NCBI GenBank assembly: GCA_002308735.1
Contig: DBVA01000067.1
Coordinates: 1 to 50,660 of the forward strand
Length of the DNA stretch: 50,660 bases
Direction: 5' to 3'
DNA from: Opitutia bacterium UBA1276
GTDB taxonomy: Bacteria > Verrucomicrobiota > Verrucomicrobiia > Opitutales > Seribacteraceae
A program made the position numbers and the translations under genes. The notes below the pieces were generated by a model that was not told the DNA's origin, made no database searches, and saw only the letters and a list, made by a program, of their open reading frames with translations. How positions within the stretch are numbered: position 1 is the first letter of the stretch; every line of letters begins with the position of its first letter. Below, piece after piece: positions 47,060 through 50,660 of the stretch.

Positions 47060-48142
47060 TTAAGATAGTCCAGGATGTTTATTGGAAACATCTTGAGCAA
47101 GTTTCTTCACTTGCTGGGCACAATCTTTATGACAGACCATGGTTGCATCCCCGGACTGGACCACGATTAAATCCTTTACTCCAAGCAAGGTCACACAATG
47201 CCCTGCTTCGGCAAAGGTCAGGTTATTGGCCGCATCGATGGCCACCCCCTGTCCTTTAAACACATTCCCTTTTTCATCCGCGGGGTAATGGCGGGCGATC
47301 GCAGGCCATTCGCCTACATCATCCCAATCAAAATCAGATTCCAACATTACAACCCGCTTCGCATTTTCCATCACTGCAAAATCAATCGATATCTTTTTTA
47401 AATGCGGATATACTTGATTCATGGCTTGCTCAAGGCTTGATGAGCTTTCCCAGTTCGCCCGTAATTCTTTCAACCCGGATGACAAACCTGGAACCAATCG
47501 CTCAATCTCAGCAAGGATAACACGAGGACGCCATACAAACATGCCTGCATTCCAAAAGTAATTTCCATCAGCAACATATTCTTTAGCTTTTTCAAGATCT
47601 GGCTTCTCTACAAACCGCTGAACCATTGAAACCGATCGGCTTGAAATTCCAACAACTTCCTTTCCACGGTGTAAATATCCATATCCAGTAGCTGGAAAGG
47701 TGGGCTTGATCCCTACTGTGACTAAAAGTTCATCCGCCTCTGCGGCTTCGAATGCACTCTCTAGCACCGAGCGGAATCCTGCCCCGTCTTCAATTACATG
47801 ATCAGCAGGCAAGATGGCAAACGCGGCATCCTCCCCTTCTTTTTCCACCAATAAGGCAGCCAACCCGACCGCAGCTGCCGTATCCCTCCCGACCGGCTCG
47901 CCAATGACTCGATTGGGAAGTAAACTTGGGCATGTTTCGAGTACAGACTCTCTTTGTTCGGTATTGGTAATTACAAAGATTTTCTCTACTGGAACCAAGC
48001 CCTCTAATCGCTCAATGGTTTGGGCAAGCATAGCAGAATCACCTACAATGGGGAGCAAATGCTTCGGGCGTTTTAACCGACTTTGAGGCCAGAAGCGCTC
48101 ACCGCGCCCCCCAGCCATGATTACCACATATCTTTTATTCAT
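47060..48142 (-). CDS. manC: Mannose-1-phosphate guanylyltransferase
   Basis: IMAGGRGERFWPQSR..PKHLL, EPVGRDTA, TGYGY, FVEKP, WNAGMF, SIDFAVME and WDDVGEW. Confidence 0.93.
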   Translation of the reverse strand: MNKRYVVIMAGGRGERFWPQSRLKRPKHLLPIVGDSAMLAQTIERLEGLVPVEKIFVITNTEQRESVLETCPSLLPNRVIGEPVGRDTAAAVGLAALLVEKEGEDAAFAILPADHVIEDGAGFRSVLESAFEAAEADELLVTVGIKPTFPATGYGYLHRGKEVVGISSRSVSMVQRFVEKPDLEKAKEYVADGNYFWNAGMFVWRPRVILAEIERLVPGLSSGLKELRANWESSSSLEQAMNQVYPHLKKISIDFAVMENAKRVVMLESDFDWDDVGEWPAIARHYPADEKGNVFKGQGVAIDAANNLTFAEAGHCVTLLGVKDLIVVQSGDATMVCHKDCAQQVKKLAQDVSNKHPGLS

Positions 48143-48303
48143 CGCTTTTTATACCCATGCCTTAACGGAACCGGATGGCGAGTTAAAAAGTTTTCTTTTT
48201 CCATCGATTCCAGAAATTATAACAGGGAAACGGGGACCCAATCTCATCCCGCTTGCCAATTCCCCTTCAATTCTGTATTAAAATTAACCTTTTATCTAAA
48301 GGC

Positions 48304-50088
48304 ATGAAACGTAGTCACCATTGTAATCAACTTCGTAAAGACAACGCCGGATCTCCCGCCACATTAATTGGATGGATCGATTCCTTACGTGATCACGGAG
48401 GTGTATTCTTTCTGGATCTTCGCGACCGGGAAGGTAAGACCCAAGTCGTACTTGACCCTGAAAACCAGACCCTTTCTGAACTTTTCCCTAAGCTTAAGCC
48501 AGAAAGTGTCATTGAAGTCACCGGAGAAGTCCGCAACCGGGAGGAAGGAACAGAAAACAGCAATTTAGACACTGGAGACATCGAGCTCTTTGCAAATTCC
48601 ATCCTGGTACATAACCAGTCCAAAACTCCTCCATTTCCCATGGACGACACCGCTGATAAGGTAGGTGAAGATCTTCGACTTACCTACCGCTACCTCGACC
48701 TGCGGCGAAAGAGTAACTTGAGCACTCTTAAACTTCGCCATCGTGCCTCTATGGCAATTCGTGATTATTTTGACAAGCAAGACTTCCTTGAAATCGAGAC
48801 CCCCATGCTTTTTAAAAGTACCCCGGAAGGAGCTCGAGAATTCCTGGTTCCCAGTCGGCTGAATGAAGGAAAATTTTATGCCCTACCCCAGTCCCCTCAG
48901 CAGTATAAGCAAATGCTGATGGTGGCTGGAATTGAACGCTACTATCAACTTGCCCGTTGTTTCCGCGACGAAGACCTTCGGGCGGACCGACAACCCGAGT
49001 TTACTCAGGTTGATCTCGAAATGTCCTTCATTGATCGCGAGGATATGTATGCTCTGATCGAAGGTCTCCTTTCCACGGTTTGGAAAGAAACTCTCGGTGA
49101 GGAAATCAGCACTCCTTTTCTCCGCATGCCTTACAGCGATGCGATGAACCGCTTTGGTTCGGACAAACCCGACATGCGCTTCGGTATGGAAATCCAAGAC
49201 TTTTCTGAGGACTTCAGGGATTCAGGTTTCAAGGTGTTTGCGGGCACCGTGCAATCGGGTGGTTGTGTCAAAGCATTCAATGCCAAAGGACTTGCAAATA
49301 TTACCCAGGGAGAACTTAAACACTTGGAGGAAACAGCCAAATCTCTTGGTGCCAAAGGTCTTGCTTTTATTAAATCCGAAGGGGGCGAATGGAAATCCCC
49401 CATCCTGAAATTTTTATCCGATACCGAGCAGGAAACCCTCAAGACCAAACTTGAAGTCGAAGATGGCGATATCGTATTCTTTGCCGCTGGCACTTGGGAT
49501 AGTTCCTGTAATATTTTAGGTCGGGTTCGTTTAGAAGCGGCTGCCATTCTTGAGAAACGAGGCCAAGCACTCCGCGATCTCAAAGACTGGAAATTTCTCT
49601 GGGTGATCGATTTTCCACTGATGCACTTCGAGGAGGAAGAAGGACGCTATGTTGCCTCTCATCATCCTTTCACCGCACCCGTAGAAGAAGATTTACCCTT
49701 GCTTGAAACAGAACCCCAAAAAGTTCGTGGTCAACACTATGACATCGTTCTCAATGGGGTTGAACTCGGAGGTGGAAGTATTCGTATTCACCAGCCAGAA
49801 GTTCAAAAAAGAATCTTTGAGGATGTTCTCAACATTCCCGCAGATGTCGTAAAAAGTCGATTCGGCTACATGCTTGAGTCCTTTGAGTATGGTGCTCCAC
49901 CTCACGGAGGAATTGCTCTTGGACTCGACCGCCTGGTTACCATCCTCGCGAGAAAAGATAGTATACGCGATGTGATCGCCTTTCCCAAGACTCAAAAAGG
50001 ACAGGATCTTATGACCGATAGTCCCGGAACTGCTACCGAACGCCAACTCAAGGATTTAAAAGTTAAGTCGACCGCAGAGGACGCCTAA
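48304..50088 (+). CDS. aspS: Aspartate--tRNA ligase, probably non-discriminating (Asp/Asn)
   Basis: RDHGG..DLRD, STPEGAREF, LPQSPQ, FRDEDLRADRQPEF and GAPPHGGIALGLDR. His in RDHG and Gly in REEGTEN fit the non-discriminating type. Start at ATG 48304. Confidence 0.97.
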   Translation: MKRSHHCNQLRKDNAGSPATLIGWIDSLRDHGGVFFLDLRDREGKTQVVLDPENQTLSELFPKLKPESVIEVTGEVRNREEGTENSNLDTGDIELFANSILVHNQSKTPPFPMDDTADKVGEDLRLTYRYLDLRRKSNLSTLKLRHRASMAIRDYFDKQDFLEIETPMLFKSTPEGAREFLVPSRLNEGKFYALPQSPQQYKQMLMVAGIERYYQLARCFRDEDLRADRQPEFTQVDLEMSFIDREDMYALIEGLLSTVWKETLGEEISTPFLRMPYSDAMNRFGSDKPDMRFGMEIQDFSEDFRDSGFKVFAGTVQSGGCVKAFNAKGLANITQGELKHLEETAKSLGAKGLAFIKSEGGEWKSPILKFLSDTEQETLKTKLEVEDGDIVFFAAGTWDSSCNILGRVRLEAAAILEKRGQALRDLKDWKFLWVIDFPLMHFEEEEGRYVASHHPFTAPVEEDLPLLETEPQKVRGQHYDIVLNGVELGGGSIRIHQPEVQKRIFEDVLNIPADVVKSRFGYMLESFEYGAPPHGGIALGLDRLVTILARKDSIRDVIAFPKTQKGQDLMTDSPGTATERQLKDLKVKSTAEDA

Positions 50089-50660
50089 AGTTTCACATTT
50101 CCCTAGCCGTCTGGCAGCCCATTTGCTTTATTTCAAATCTTAGTGGGCATTCAAATTGTCACCGTTTCTGTACTCCTCAATCTCTTAACCGGAGCTTGTA
50201 TCCTTCCTCTATTTTCTGATTCAACAAAAACCAGCGAATCCATTGCCATTTGGTATACACGCTACGACGAGATCGGCCCCAGGTTTCAAGAGGCAATTCA
50301 GCCATTGAAGTTGAATTTGCGGTGGCAGAATAACAGAATTAAAGAAGGGTAATATTTATTTCGGAAGCGAATGGAATTTTCTGTTCGATCCTTTCAGAGA
50401 TAACCTAAGCCAATTTTTGGTTTCTACTTCTCGATCCATTTGAAAATTTAAGAAACTTCTCAAAAGTAAGAGCTTTGTTTTGGTACTGGAGAAACTCTCA
50501 TCAAAAGCAAAATTAAATCAGACATTTTTAAGTTATTTGATGCTTAGGGATTCCTTCCAGTTATTTAAAGTAAGATTGCTTGAAACCAAAAATATCTCTT
50601 CTTATTCGATCAAATTTTTACTTTTTTTTGATTTTTTAAATTCTTGGCATGACTCATGCA

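Noticed and set aside
1109-50046. Numerous 60-160 aa ORFs overlapping the identified genes
   Set aside because: They are antisense or alternate-frame shadows of well-supported genes with no independent motifs.
50100-50660. 69-aa plus-strand ORF (50143-50352), a 42-aa minus-strand ORF and the AT-rich right end
   Set aside because: No recognisable motifs or RBS, and the frames I checked are interrupted by stops. Left unannotated.

Overview
A gene-dense core-genome window from a bacterium that is probably a marine Verrucomicrobiota (Opitutales-like). This is inferred from the Chlamydia-type three-cone NrdA with class Ic NrdB, the system II cytochrome c cluster with its upstream lipoprotein, and a Trp-rich secreted-protein domain. 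Most genes are housekeeping: tRNA-His, ychF, resB/ccsA, lysS, rpsU, dnaE, uvrC, cinA, holA, hspQ, nrdBA, folC, accD, comF, truA, ruvX, manC and aspS. The best candidate for an undescribed system is a two-gene cassette between rpsU and lysS (8896-12345, minus strand). It encodes a TPR + SLOG-like + class III nucleotidyl cyclase with non-canonical base-specificity residues, followed 9 bp later by a TIR + FGE/C-lectin-fold protein. The cassette combines parts known from Thoeris and Pycsar in an arrangement I do not recognise. Other notable items: a GYF_2-TM-thermonuclease gene at the tRNA-His 3' end that the ORF track missed; a C7-tract frameshift in the cytochrome c accessory lipoprotein; a secreted protein with nine NPF(D/E) motifs; a catalytically dead ALDH homologue; a protease/pseudoprotease pair; a modular GH5 enzyme; a tyrosine-less (Mn/Fe) R2; and tandem NrdR boxes. 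No CRISPR array, rRNA, integrase or transposase was seen. All domain calls come from recognising motifs by eye, not from database searches.
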